Assembly (NCBI GenBank): GCA_017499595.2
Contig: CM039009.1
Coordinates: 434,001 to 498,000 of the forward strand
Direction of reading: 5' to 3'
Origin: Psilocybe cubensis
Taxonomy: Eukaryota
Length of the DNA stretch: 64,000 nucleotides
The position numbers and the translations under genes were made by a program. Of the stretch, positions 48,777 through 60,716 are shown piece by piece. The notes under the pieces are model-generated. The model searched no databases, was not told the origin of the DNA, and saw only the letters and a program-made list of their open reading frames with translations. Numbering within the stretch: position 1 is the first letter of the stretch; every line of letters starts with the position of its first letter.

Positions 48777-51470
48777 ATGGCATTAACACCAGATAGTACC
48801 AGCCTTTATAAACTGAACCAACTTGATCCAGGGCCACCTCGTCGACGAAGGACCAAATTTGGATGCAAATGCATATTATATGTCGTTCTCACCTTCGTTG
48901 GACTTTGGGGTACATATGCATCGTATCGTGCGTTGCAGAATCGATTAGCACTCCTCAGGCACCCATACCAGTTCTTGTACCAGGATCCCAAGAATTCATA
49001 TCGTCCGCAAGATATTGTCCGCCCACTCATCGACAGGAACCAGACATTTGATGTCGTGGCAACAGTCTGGATACGATCTCCACAAACCAAGATATCCGGA
49101 GTTGAGGTGGGATATCCAGATTGGATGCAAAGTCATCAAAACCTTAAGCTTGACGAAACGGCCATTTTCTCGGAGAAAGTATTCCAAGGACTACGTTTAC
49201 AGGACAAGAATAAGAAGAAATCGGTCAATCTTCAAGTACCCACAGAAATTTTGTAAGTGAAATTTCTTTTTCATTCTACAGCAAGCTGACACCTGCACAT
49301 GTGCCAGTAAGTTACGGGAGTTAAACAATTACGACCTCCGTGCTTCATTTGTGCTAATACCGACTTCGCCTTCTCTTCTGGATAATGCCACGTTTTACTC
49401 AAGTTGGATCCCTTCCGAGGCCCAATATCCTCCTATGCGACCATGGCCGTAAGCAGACTTTTTGCTCTCAATGACCAAGTCTAAACCTTCATGTTAGAGT
49501 TGACACGGCTTTTCCATCTCTTGCGGACAATATCGTCGACTCATATGGTACTTTTACACCATTGATTGCGTTCCACGATATCAAATCAAGATGCCCTGAC
49601 TCTTTTCAACCCGAAGACGTAGAAGACGATGAAACATATTACGAAGAAGACGACATTGTGCTGTCTTTCGGAGTTGCAGAGAACCGCAAAAAATGGGCCT
49701 CTACCAAAGGGAGATCTGTTCTTTCTTCTCACCCATACATCATCACACGATCATTTCTACGGGTTGTCGATATGACGCAGATTTTTAATAAGCCTGCATT
49801 CGATAATGCACACGCAAAGCTCAAGTCTTATTCAGTAAACACTTCACATGCATCTCTTATCACCGACCGCTGACTTTATCAATCTAGTGCGGAAGACTGT
49901 CAACTATCAATGGCTTCAGGGCTTGGGCAAGTTGGAAAGATTGCATTCATAGTTATTATGCGATTGGAAATCACGCTGTGAAGATTCGGATTGCCCAGAT
50001 ATCAGAGAAAACTGGTAAAGAACGCACGGAGTGGGCATATGCGCCGTATTTGTCGCTCGCCGATAATGCGTGGGGAACCAAGGTGGGTATTACTGTTACG
50101 CTGGTACTATATCACTCTAAAATACTATTTTATCAGGATCTTGTTCCCGTCCCTGTCAATCGACAACAATGTATAGAAGTGGATGCTCGGGAATCATCAG
50201 AATGTACAGTTTTTTATCATTACTTTTAGTCACATGTCTAATTTATGCTACTCCTAATACCAGCGCTGGAAAGCCCGACCGTCAATATAACATGGAATAT
50301 CACATTCTCTGGAGTCAACCTTTTTGAACTTACTGCTGGAAATACAATGGCGGAAGCTATGCCTCCGCACAATATGACGGATGCAGAGCATGGTTTACAT
50401 TCTCAACATTTGCTTTTCGAATATTCACGTACGTTTGTTCAAATGATTGTTTACAGTGAATTAATGGATCTTTTTCAATGCTTGTAGAAGGTCTTGCCGG
50501 GCACAGATTCCGCGATGATTTTCATCCACGACGGGAAATGGCGCTCGGTATGATCAGGTAATGAAACGGATTTGTTTTTGGACTTCCCTCTGACTGAATC
50601 ATGACGTGGGTATACATCCTTAGGGACATTCTTTATTTCATCGCAGCCGTTCTGAATATCATGTATTGGTTCACCCGGTCGTCCACCTCTGGTATCTCGA
50701 TTATAGGCTCTGCTCTTCAAATTATTTCGGTCGTTTTATCGTCTATTGCCACGGTTGTATACAAACGGTTGCAAGAGGAGTCAATCTCATTTTCAGAAAG
50801 CCTTAAGTATCTTAGAATGGTTAATGCGCTGTTTACGGCTTTTTTAATACTCAAAGCCATCACTCGCGGTGAAATTCGGTGGTGGAAGAAGGTTGTTCCT
50901 ATCATCACCTTTGCATTAGCGACGCACGCCGAAAGAACTAGCCAGCGCATTGAAGCGCGCACAAGCCTTAGATCTATCATGATTGTGCGCAAATTCTCTT
51001 CAGATTCTGAGTGTTAACTACAGGCTGATGTTATATACAATTCGTTTTCCTAGGCTTATTTGGTCCTCTCCACTGCCTCCTATGTCATCTTCCATCAACA
51101 GTACTACCTCATCGCCCCACGATACACGTACGGGGAGCCATTCAAGAATTCCCTCTGTCAATTCCTCTTTTGGGCTCCGAACTACCTGCTCCATGAACCT
51201 CTGGGCCTGCTCAGCCTTGCGCTCCAACTCATCTTAAACTATAGAATGCAAACCTTTGCCGGTATGTACAAGGCGAATACGGGAGTGACACTAACTGCGG
51301 TGGTGTTCGAGTTGATAGCAAAGGCGCCGTGGGTAATTGGAGAGGGCTCCGGTTTGGGCCCGTGGACACCTTTTAATTTCTTGTTAATGTGTAGTATGGT
51401 AGTCTATGCGGTGCAGGCGTGGAGATATGTGTCGGTTGCAAGTCTGGAGGACGAAGAGGATGAAAAATAA
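48777..51470 (+). CDS. CLPTM1-like membrane protein
   Basis: N-terminal TM segment, a large lumenal region, then a C-terminal TM bundle with CLPTM1-like motifs YWFTRSSTSGIS, LQLILNYRMQTFAG and VYAVQAWRY. Multi-exon. Confidence 0.6.
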
Positions 51471-51886
51471 AGTTATTGTGGACATGGCCATTATCATGGC
51501 AACATCTTTCTTATTGGGTAATTTATTCCTTCAAAATGAAACTTGACTGGCCGCTATATATGTGGCAAACTGGTTGTTGCCTGCCGGTTGCTCTAAGTAC
51601 AGTAGATAGTTTGAGTGTTCAATGTCCCATTCAGAAGACATTCAAGGCTCAGTCGTAATCTTTGAAGTAACCATCTAGATATCTAAGACTTCTTGAAAAT
51701 AGCCGATGGCATCTGGGACAGACTTGCAGGTCTTCTAAATTTTGATTCATTTTCTATTCATTAGGCTGATGCTGGAAAAATGTGCAGAACGTACATAGAA
51801 ATAGGAGTAAAGTAGCGTAAAGCCTGGGTATTAGAATTATTTACTAAAGGAATACGATGGTCCGAATGATCAGAAATTTCGAAATT

Positions 51887-53559
51887 TCAAACTTTTGGGA
51901 CGATACCGTGGAAGTTCATGGACAACTTGAGAAGATCGTGCCTTGAATATTTTTCTGTCAAATCTAAGACAATCCCCGCGGCCGATATTTCCAGCAATTT
52001 CAAAACGGTTTCTTTTCTCATAACTTGCGGTACAAGTTCTTTCCCTGTATTGAGCCAACCAATTCGTATACTCTTCAGTGGCCGCCCTCTTGGATGGTGG
52101 ATTTGTTGTATCGGCCCAATGATGTACGGAACACAGTCCCAGAAGCAGTCTGTAGGCCATGTTTCCCCATGTTTTCGCATATATTTGATCGACTGGAGGT
52201 TGGGAAGTAATGTGACGGTGAAATTATCGTTGTTGCTCTGCGGATCATAGGGAAGGGAGGTATTGGCGAGTAGGTATAGAAAGTCGACGTCGTGTTTACT
52301 GTGACCATAGTCCAATTGATCGAGAGTTAAATGAACTAGATGGGGTGCCTGTTTGAGTGCAGAAACAAGAGAGATTCATAGTGACATTTTGAATAGCTAA
52401 TTGTCAGCGCAGTCATGGCACAAGCAGAACGCTCAAGATGCAACGGGAGGGATTCAATCGTAACAGCAATGCTGTCCAAGATATAGGATGTCAAGCCAGG
52501 AAAATTGAAGCTGTCGAAGAATACCGTGGGACCAGATTTCAAAGGCCATGGCAGTTTCCAGCCTGAGATATGCATTATTTGCAATGCTTCATGCAGTTTT
52601 GGCGAACTAAGAACGGGCGGAGGAGGAAGCCTTTCCGACTTGTCGTTTGACTCTTCAATTGACCAACGACAGTGGGTCAACTGAGGTGACGCCTGTAAAA
52701 CCATAAAACATTCGGGCAGTCGAATGCCTGTCATTGAAATATTCGTAACGTGCGACCAGTCTATAGACAACGCGCTAAAGCGGCAATATCTTGCCCAGAC
52801 ATTAGTAGGCCGTGGTTTCGCCCCAGACATTGCACCGAATATAGCACCTTCATCTCGTGCGTATTGAACGCTGAGTGTACGCAGGAATGGAGCAAAGTTG
52901 TGATCCTTTCCAACTAGAGTTGTGGTTTCTGGCAAACCCTCGAATTCAAGGTAGCGCCAACGGTCAGAGTATTGATTTACGAGGTCGATGAAGAGGTTAT
53001 GTACGGCTCGCTGACTGGGCTCAAAGTCTGACGAGTCGGAGTCATTGTATTCCGAAAGACGGATTGAAAGGGGTAGGTTGCCAGATCTTTTCAACCACTC
53101 AGTGACTACTTGAAGATCATTAAGGTCTGGACGCCGTTGAAAGAATATACGGATATTTGTCCATAACGATGGTGTGTTCCATGCAAGTTTTCGCCACGAC
53201 TGACAAACGGCCCCTAAGGCCAGAGGACCATAAACTCTGTCAGAGACATAAACGTTATCGTAGTCTCCATCTCCACAACCTGCGCTGTAATCGTCTTCAT
53301 CATCGAGGTACCAAACATCTGGAAGTGCATATAGGAAGATGGAGGAAACGGTTTCCCGAGAAAGGCGCCGCGTTATTGGATCATGTAGTGCGTTGATTTT
53401 GGTTCGTATTTCGCGCTGTTCCTTAATGAGATGATCATCTGGTGGTTTTGATGCCTGAATCGCTGCACTGAGGTTCATGTGTTCTCGACAAGGAGGACAA
53501 GGTCCACCGTTTGATAACTGACATTCACCAAATACCTTTGGTCGGATTTTGGATTTCAT
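51887..53559 (-). CDS. F-box / LRR-like protein, frameshifted (pseudogene or sequence error)
   Basis: Agaricomycete F-box motif DPITRRLSRETVSSIF...LALGAVCQSWRKLAWNTPSLW, plus WLKRSGNLPLSI. The reading frame breaks at a (CT)n run near 52370 and continues in ORF 51887-52315. Confidence 0.75.
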
Positions 53560-53839
53560 AACTAACGACTAACAGAAAACAGAGTCGGCTTCTGATTAGC
53601 TTATTTAAAAATGAACCTACCTTAACGGGGCTTCTCTGTGTTGTTTTCGTTCGGAAATCGTCCTTTTAAAACAACTTTAGAAGTATGGACTCTGGAACTG
53701 AACCCCCTTTATTTGCGTGCACGCAAATTGATCGGAAATGAAGCGCCGTTTAAATATTTGAATTTCAGATGCGCGGTCGCCGGTGACCGTGACGGCTGCA
53801 GAGAGAGAACCTGGCTTCATACATTTACAACCAATAGAA

Positions 53840-54821
53840 ATGTCTTCATCGACGCGTCCTGTAGTCTTCATGGATATCAACATCGGAGAAACACCAGCAG
53901 GAAGGTTGAAAATGGAATTGTTCAGCGATATCGTGCCAAAGTTCGTTGTTAACTGTTCAGTTTCATTATTGGTTGGACTAAATGTTGTATCAGGACCGCA
54001 GAGAACTTTAGGCAGCTGTGTACAGGGGAATATCGGTGTGTTCTTTGCATCGCAGATTGGAGAATGCGCTGTTTATCTTCTATGGTGACAGCGTCAATTC
54101 GAGGCCTCAGGGATACAAAAATGCCACTTTTCATCGGTGATTCGTGTTCAGGCTTTGTACAGGGCATCGACTGACTTTCTGCTCGCAGAGTGTAGGTTTT
54201 CGTACGTTCTATCCATCCAATGGCTTACATTTGTCACCTCAGTGTGCCCAACTTCATGTGTCAAGGTAAGCATCACAAATGTTGTCTTCATGCAGTCGCT
54301 CACGGGATTGAAGGCGGCGATTTTTTGAAGGGTGATGGAACAGGGTCATTCTCAATATACGGTGACAAGTTTCCTGTAAGCCATCTGCTCTCTGTCCATG
54401 AACACTTCTCATCTGCCCTTAAGGATGAGAACTTCCAAGAGAAGCATACAGGCCCTGGTCTTTTATCGATGGCAAGTTGCATTACTGGCAGGTCAGATCG
54501 ATTCTCATTATTGCACAGGCTAATTCAGGACCCAATACGAATGGATGCCAGGTGAGTACTTTTTTTCTGCAGCACATAGTATGTGCTAAGCATTTCTTGC
54601 CAGTTTTTCATCACCACTGCCAAATGCGACTTTTTGGATGGGAAGCACGTTGTGTTCGGGAAGGTCATCGATGGGATGTTAACGTTGAGGAAGATTGAGA
54701 ATGTCGCCACTGGTCCGAACAACAGGCCGAAGCTGGTTGTCAAGATAACGGGTGCGTCTGCGTGTCATCAACTATGGATACTTTCTAACCCTATCCCCTT
54801 GCAGAATGCGGTGAAATGTAA
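53840..54821 (+). CDS. Peptidyl-prolyl cis-trans isomerase H-like (spliceosomal cyclophilin H)
   Basis: Spliced product [130 protein letters not shown] and the ECGEM end are CypH-type. Confidence 0.9.
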
Positions 54822-54942
54822 AATATCTGCCTCGCCATGTTTGTACGTTCAAGGTCATGAATAAATTGTATATTTCACAGTTTACATAGATGTTACAAGT
54901 CAGTTCACAAGCATACGCCACGGACGCCTACGTAGGCGATAT

Positions 54943-57900
54943 TCAGCGAACTTGCTGAGTGGCAGGGACGCCCTTGGGAATGGGGGCGTGAGGCACGGGA
55001 GCGTGAGGAATTCTGATTGTGAGGCCTTCAATAAATGAGTCAGAATATCACATCATGACCATCTTCATTGCGGTCCATACCTAGTTCCTCTGCGATCAAA
55101 CTAGCGCCCTTCTCACCGACGAGAAGTGCAGATGAGTACGTGTTCGTGCCCAAGTTATCCGGGCAGATACTCAAGTCGACACACTTCAAGTTCTCGGTTC
55201 CTGTTTTTGCAACGTCACTATAGATGCACTTCGATATTTTCCAGACTACACACCGAAAACGTTGAGACGGCCATCGACAACACCGCCCTCCTCTCTTGGT
55301 TTCATAGCTGTTTATAAATCAGTGGTATTTCTTTTGCTACAAGTGCAAATAATTACCGCATGTTCCTGGAGTTAAAATCAGGTCAGTCAATGTTATCACT
55401 ATATAGTGATTTCTACATACCAAGACTGTGCCAGGTAGTCTCGACGTGGTCTGGAAATCAATAAGCACAACATCGAAATATAATGCCATCACAAACGAAC
55501 CAGCAATCCATTCATCGATGGCCTTGTCATCCTCCTCGCTGTAAACAATATCTTCATGGACCTTCTCGGCGTTGAAGACATCACCGGGCCTGGAAATTGC
55601 AATCAGCGGCAAAGCTGCAGATAGACTAGCCAAACACACTTGTGCCAGGTTCCTGTACATCGACATGTTAGGTTTACTATGGTCAGGTGTACAAATTACA
55701 TACCCATGTGGATTCCGACGGTGAAGCCGTTGGGGAGCATCTCTTTCGCCGTCCTGATGTCAATATCCCTGCAGGCAGCAGGAGAGGCTGGGTGGAAACG
55801 TGGGTGGTGGGAGGTGAGCTCGCCACGGAAAGCTGGTTATGTGGTATCAGACGATATCCCTAATTATGCTGGATAGAATACGCACCGTCCATTCGCCTGG
55901 CAATTTCCCTCGTCTTCTTGTAACTCCAGCGAATTGGAGCAAAGTCGGCCTTGTTGTTCATGAAACCACTGTCGAAGAATGGTGCCTTGTATGGGTCGGG
56001 AGAGCTAATGTGGATCTATCGCAAATTTTTACGGTAAGCCCAGTGCATATACCAAGACCTAATTGTTTATTCACCTTTCCACGACTCGCAGGATATTCCT
56101 GGGATATTACAGGGTGAGAAGGGGTATCAGCCTGGAAATTTAACATTTAAACGCACGAGGTATTGGAACATGGTGATGTATTTGCCAGGAGGAAGGAGAG
56201 AGTGATCGGCATAGGCCGCAGACACGATGGAACCAAACCTAGGTATCAGGTAAGCAAGGAGGGACCATGGCAGGAGAAAGATACAAAACCCACATGACTG
56301 GCTTGTCTGGCTTGTCCTTGAAATACCTGTCCCAGAGCTCGTTGAATTCAGGACCCATCTCCTTGAGTTCGGCCTCGGTCGGGCGCATCTGGGATCTCGA
56401 TTAAAAATGGGTTACCGCTTCACGAGGAAAAAAACTTGCCTTGAATCCAGCATCGATGGCGTTAGATGACAACCTTGCCTTCTCAGGGCTGATTTCCCAC
56501 TCTTGGAAGAGCTTTTGAGCGGTTCATGAGTCGGTGCTTTGTTTGAGAGGGATGTAAGGCTCCATACCTCCTTCTGCACTTCCTTGTCGCCGCGCAAGAA
56601 GTCGTCTAGAGTGTGGCTTTCGTTGGAGACACGGTAGACTGAGCGGACGTGTAAACAGATGCCTTATAGAACAGATGAAGGTTTATCGACTTACTGGAAA
56701 GGGTAGTGTAATGATCCTGGTACTCCTCACTGGGGAAGGAGGAGGATTAACATCGAAGTAGTTTCGAAAGAGAATGTTAACATACCCGACTCCTGGAAGG
56801 TCACTGACGACCTTCAAGCCGAGTTTTTCCAACAACTCCTTGCTTCCGACACCGGAGCGTTCGAGGATCTGGGGTGTTCCGAGGGTGCCACTGCTGAGGA
56901 CGACCATCTTGCGTGCACGAACGATGGTCTCTCTGAGCTGACCTTGGTGGGCGCGATTCCTGGCTGGGACGTATGCAACGCCAACGGCCTTGGTGCCCTC
57001 GAAGATGACGCGAGACACTCGCGAGTTGGTGCGGAGGTACAGGTTGGTCTGGACGTCCATGACGCTGTGCACATAAGCTAGAATTTTATATGTCAATTAG
57101 TTGTGAGGTGGTACGGATCGATGTGTACGCTTACCAGTGGCGGCATCACTACGCCTTCCGGTGTGTCGGTTGATGTATTTAGCCCAGATTTCAGTGGCGT
57201 GGGCGGTGTCGAGGTCCTGGAGATCGTCTATATACTTATAAATATAGGTGTCTTGAATTGCATCAGAAGGCGCTTACCGCTGAAAGGGAGGCCAACACAG
57301 TCAGATGCCCTCAAAAAATCTTGGGCAAGAGCGGTGATAGTTCCACCATTGCTGATCGCGATTGGTCCGTCGTATCCGTGAGTGTCGTTGTTAACTGGCT
57401 TCTGGTAGTTCTCGAGCTGTGAACAATAATATTAGACTTCTGTGATTGGTCCTGGGCATTAATTGACTCGCTCTTTTCATGAGGGGGAGGAGGTCTATGG
57501 ATTTTGTGTAAGTGTTTTTCAAAACTCTTGCTTCAAAATTATTTACCTTTGGCAGTCCAACCAGGAGTCTTGAAGTCATCTTCAATACAGCGTCAGAAAT
57601 CATTGATACCACACGGTTAAATAAACTCTGACCCCAATCTGACCCAGAAGCCTATAGAAGGACAGAAGATCGACGGGTTAATTATGGCTATGGACCAATT
57701 AGCTTAAACAACTTACCCTCGTGTACATCTATTATTACAGGAATGAATGATAAGATAAACTTTATTTAAAACAAAAAGGCTATTGATGTACCTGGAAATT
57801 GATACTGATTGAAATTATATGTCAGCTTGACCATTTAGATGATAAAGAGGAACAATGATATACCTGCTTCCTCCGCCTGAAGAGGGTGTCAACTCGGTGA

Positions 57901-58474
57901 GAATCACGTTCAATGAAATGAGATTTCATACCTAGGATGTTTGCACATCTAGGGTAATATTTAATATTGATGAACTTAATTAATTTAGGAAGACACTCAC
58001 GGAACAATGCTCTGGCGCCCGCGCAGATAAGATGATTGCATTGTATCAACGTAAAATGTGGCCTTGTCGTTGCTGTGTAACATAATTTAGACGCATTTTA
58101 CCAGAAGACAAAGCGTACGCACACTCCATCCCTTTGCATGTTCTTCACGAAAATACCAGGACTGTTGTCTGTGTAAGGCGTAGAACATTATATCTTCAAA
58201 GGGCGCCTACCGATAAACCCAAGGGTCATCACGGTTGTTTGCACCGCCTGTCTTTCCATTAATACAAGTTCGAGATAAAAAGGAAGATATGGTGAACCTT
58301 CAATAAGCATGACCTTCAGACTAGGGTCTGCATAAGCCAAGCGACCAGCCGTAACGCATCCTGTAAACAAGTCATATCGTTGAGTTACTACTGGGACGAC
58401 AAAGTTCATAAAACACAGAGACCTGCTGGACCACCACCACATACAATCACGTCGACTTCATCAGGATGACCCAT
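54943..58474 (-). CDS. aox: Alcohol (methanol) oxidase, GMC oxidoreductase AA3_3
   Basis: MGHPDEVDVIVCGGGPAGCVTAGRLAYADP; GMC signature CANILGGGSSINFQMYTR; LSSGTLGTPQILERSGVG; VETTWHSLGTC; C-terminus PHAPVPHAPIPKGVPATQQVR, as in basidiomycete alcohol oxidases. Confidence 0.95.
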
Positions 58475-58573
58475 TCTGGATGCTGAGGCTGGAGTATATA
58501 AATTTGTTCAAGCTGGTAGATGAAGAACCTGTTAAAAGCTCGTTCAAAGAAACGCAGCTAGCAATCTTGAGGC

Positions 58574-58580
58574 TTATATA
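58574..58580 (-). promoter_or_regulatory. Putative TATA box of aox
   Basis: TATATAA on the minus strand about 100 nt upstream of the aox ATG. Confidence 0.4.
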
Positions 58581-60097
58581 CGCTTGTAACAATAAATGCG
58601 AGGGAATAACCAGGCTGCGGGATGGAAACTGTAAGCGATGACCGCCCGTAACGACTGTCATCTGATGATAAGAGTGTGAAGAAATGAATATAGCGGTCTC
58701 CCAACTGAGCTGTCGATAGCATACAGTCTCTTACCAATTAATCTGAAATTAGATTAAGGGTAAGACCCTGATCTTCTAATGCTCCGTAAGGTGTGTGAAT
58801 GGGAGATTCATAGTGAAAGGCGCTGATACTTCTCAGCCAGCTGACCAAAACTAGCACAAGAGAGCCCGTGGAACGACGAGAAATGGTGGAATTGAAATTG
58901 ATTGAGTGGGGGTCGGTTATGGAGAAACTGTCATTTTTGGAAATGCTTCTTGTAAAGACCTGATGCGGGGAAAGCGTGTTGATTGGTCGACGTATACCCC
59001 AGATTCCTGTGCCATGGAATTTGACATTTAACGCTTGTGAGAAAGTTTCTTCTAATCATGTTTTCAGGCAACCCGGCGGCGGACCATTGGGGAAAGGCGG
59101 ACTTGAACAACACTAATTCCTAACTCGGTTCGCGGCTTTGCACTACGAGGATGTCTTGCAAAGTGGGAGCTGATAGCTGAAGCCAAAATGTGGAGAATCA
59201 GAGTGGTTCGGGCCCCAGTGATGTGAATATACTTCACATGTCATTAGAGCTTCTGGGCAAATGAGAGTCGACGGGAGATACTTTACGCACAGGTAGCTTT
59301 AACGACATTGTCCCAGTGACTTGTGCGTCGTTATTCTTGGACAAGTCGTGACTACAATACAGAAGATGGTGGGAAACAGTTCGGCTCTGTCCTGGGAACA
59401 TTACAGTCAGTTATGATACTTGTAGAAGAAAGAGAACCAACAACGCCACAGAAGTTATAGACATAGGGCCTGCGATTCTCTGCATACAAGGAGAATTGGC
59501 TATGAGTAATCTGGGAATATTGTGCTACTTGAGGAGACCAAAAAAATAGGACGAATGAGAATCAGATTCAGAAAGGTCCGACATGGACTCGTCTCGTAAG
59601 ATCCTGGTACTCCTTTCCAGTATTTCGACGTTGCATACGCGAAAGAATTTCTAAAGAGATGCTACGGTTCCCATTGCCAATTAAATGCCCCACTGACTAC
59701 AGCGTAGACAGTGGCCATCTCCGTTGAAAATAGACAGTTCGTGGTTGGGTGTCATCGAAAGAGGACATTCCCATAGAAATATATATTTTGACCTAGGTGA
59801 TGAGAATGTGCGGTCCGACAGAAATTTTAAGAATTTGAGAAGCTAGGTTGCATAGCCCTGGTTGTACGTTGAGCAGGTGGGTATCGGTGACAAAGGTCCA
59901 ATCGGACTTTCGATACTTATTTCTGGTATTTGTACTTGATTTGAGCTTGTTACAATTCGTGATTCACTGTCTTATAATAGGCTCGAATGCGGAACTGAAC
60001 TTGAATGGAACAAATAGAACATTGAAGCACAATTTCAAAACGTTGATCCAAGATGTCGCTCCTCAACCATGCTGTGAATTAGCCTGGCAATAAAGCT

Positions 60098-60170
60098 GAA
60101 CCATATTTTTGAAGTAAGTTACTTCAAAAATATGGTTCGTTCCTGTGGTATTCAATACCACAGGAACGAA
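60098..60170. repeat. Two interlocked perfect inverted repeats (20-bp and 17-bp arms, 1-nt spacers)
   Basis: GAACCATATTTTTGAAGTAA-G-TTACTTCAAAAATATGGTTC (60098-60138) and TTCGTTCCTGTGGTATT-C-AATACCACAGGAACGAA (60136-60170). Confidence 0.95.
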
Positions 60171-60716
60171 TACATTTTCAATTTTCATCATGGTAACTGC
60201 CCCGAGGATCTATAAACAAAAGGAAGATATCTAGAAAAAAATAATAAGTCGGTTCATATGTTAGAGAGAAAGGTACTTACACTGAAGTTTAATTTATTTT
60301 TCGTTTTCAATAGGGATGAGATGCACTTCAAATGGGTTGGCTGACGGACGGGCAAATTGGGATGCCCCTCGTGAGAATTATGAAAGCCGGTTTTTGACCA
60401 TTAAGTGTGCCTTGGCACCAACGACATCGAGTATCCAAACTGCAAGGACCTTGCCGTTTCCAAAGACAATCTCGAGAGGACAATGGATGTTGGCTTTCTC
60501 TTCCTATGATTCGCTAAAATTTCGACTCCCTCTCCACTAAACGTCAGTGTGGTTCATAATGCATGGGCCTCGACGGGGAGACGGGCGGAGCAAGGCCCAT
60601 TTATGGCGTACAGAGGCCCGGAACAAGACAACTGGTTATCACCATGACGCTCATATGATTTCAGACCATTTATGTTCTGGGACTCATATACACCCTTGTC
60701 CAACGACGGCTAGCAT

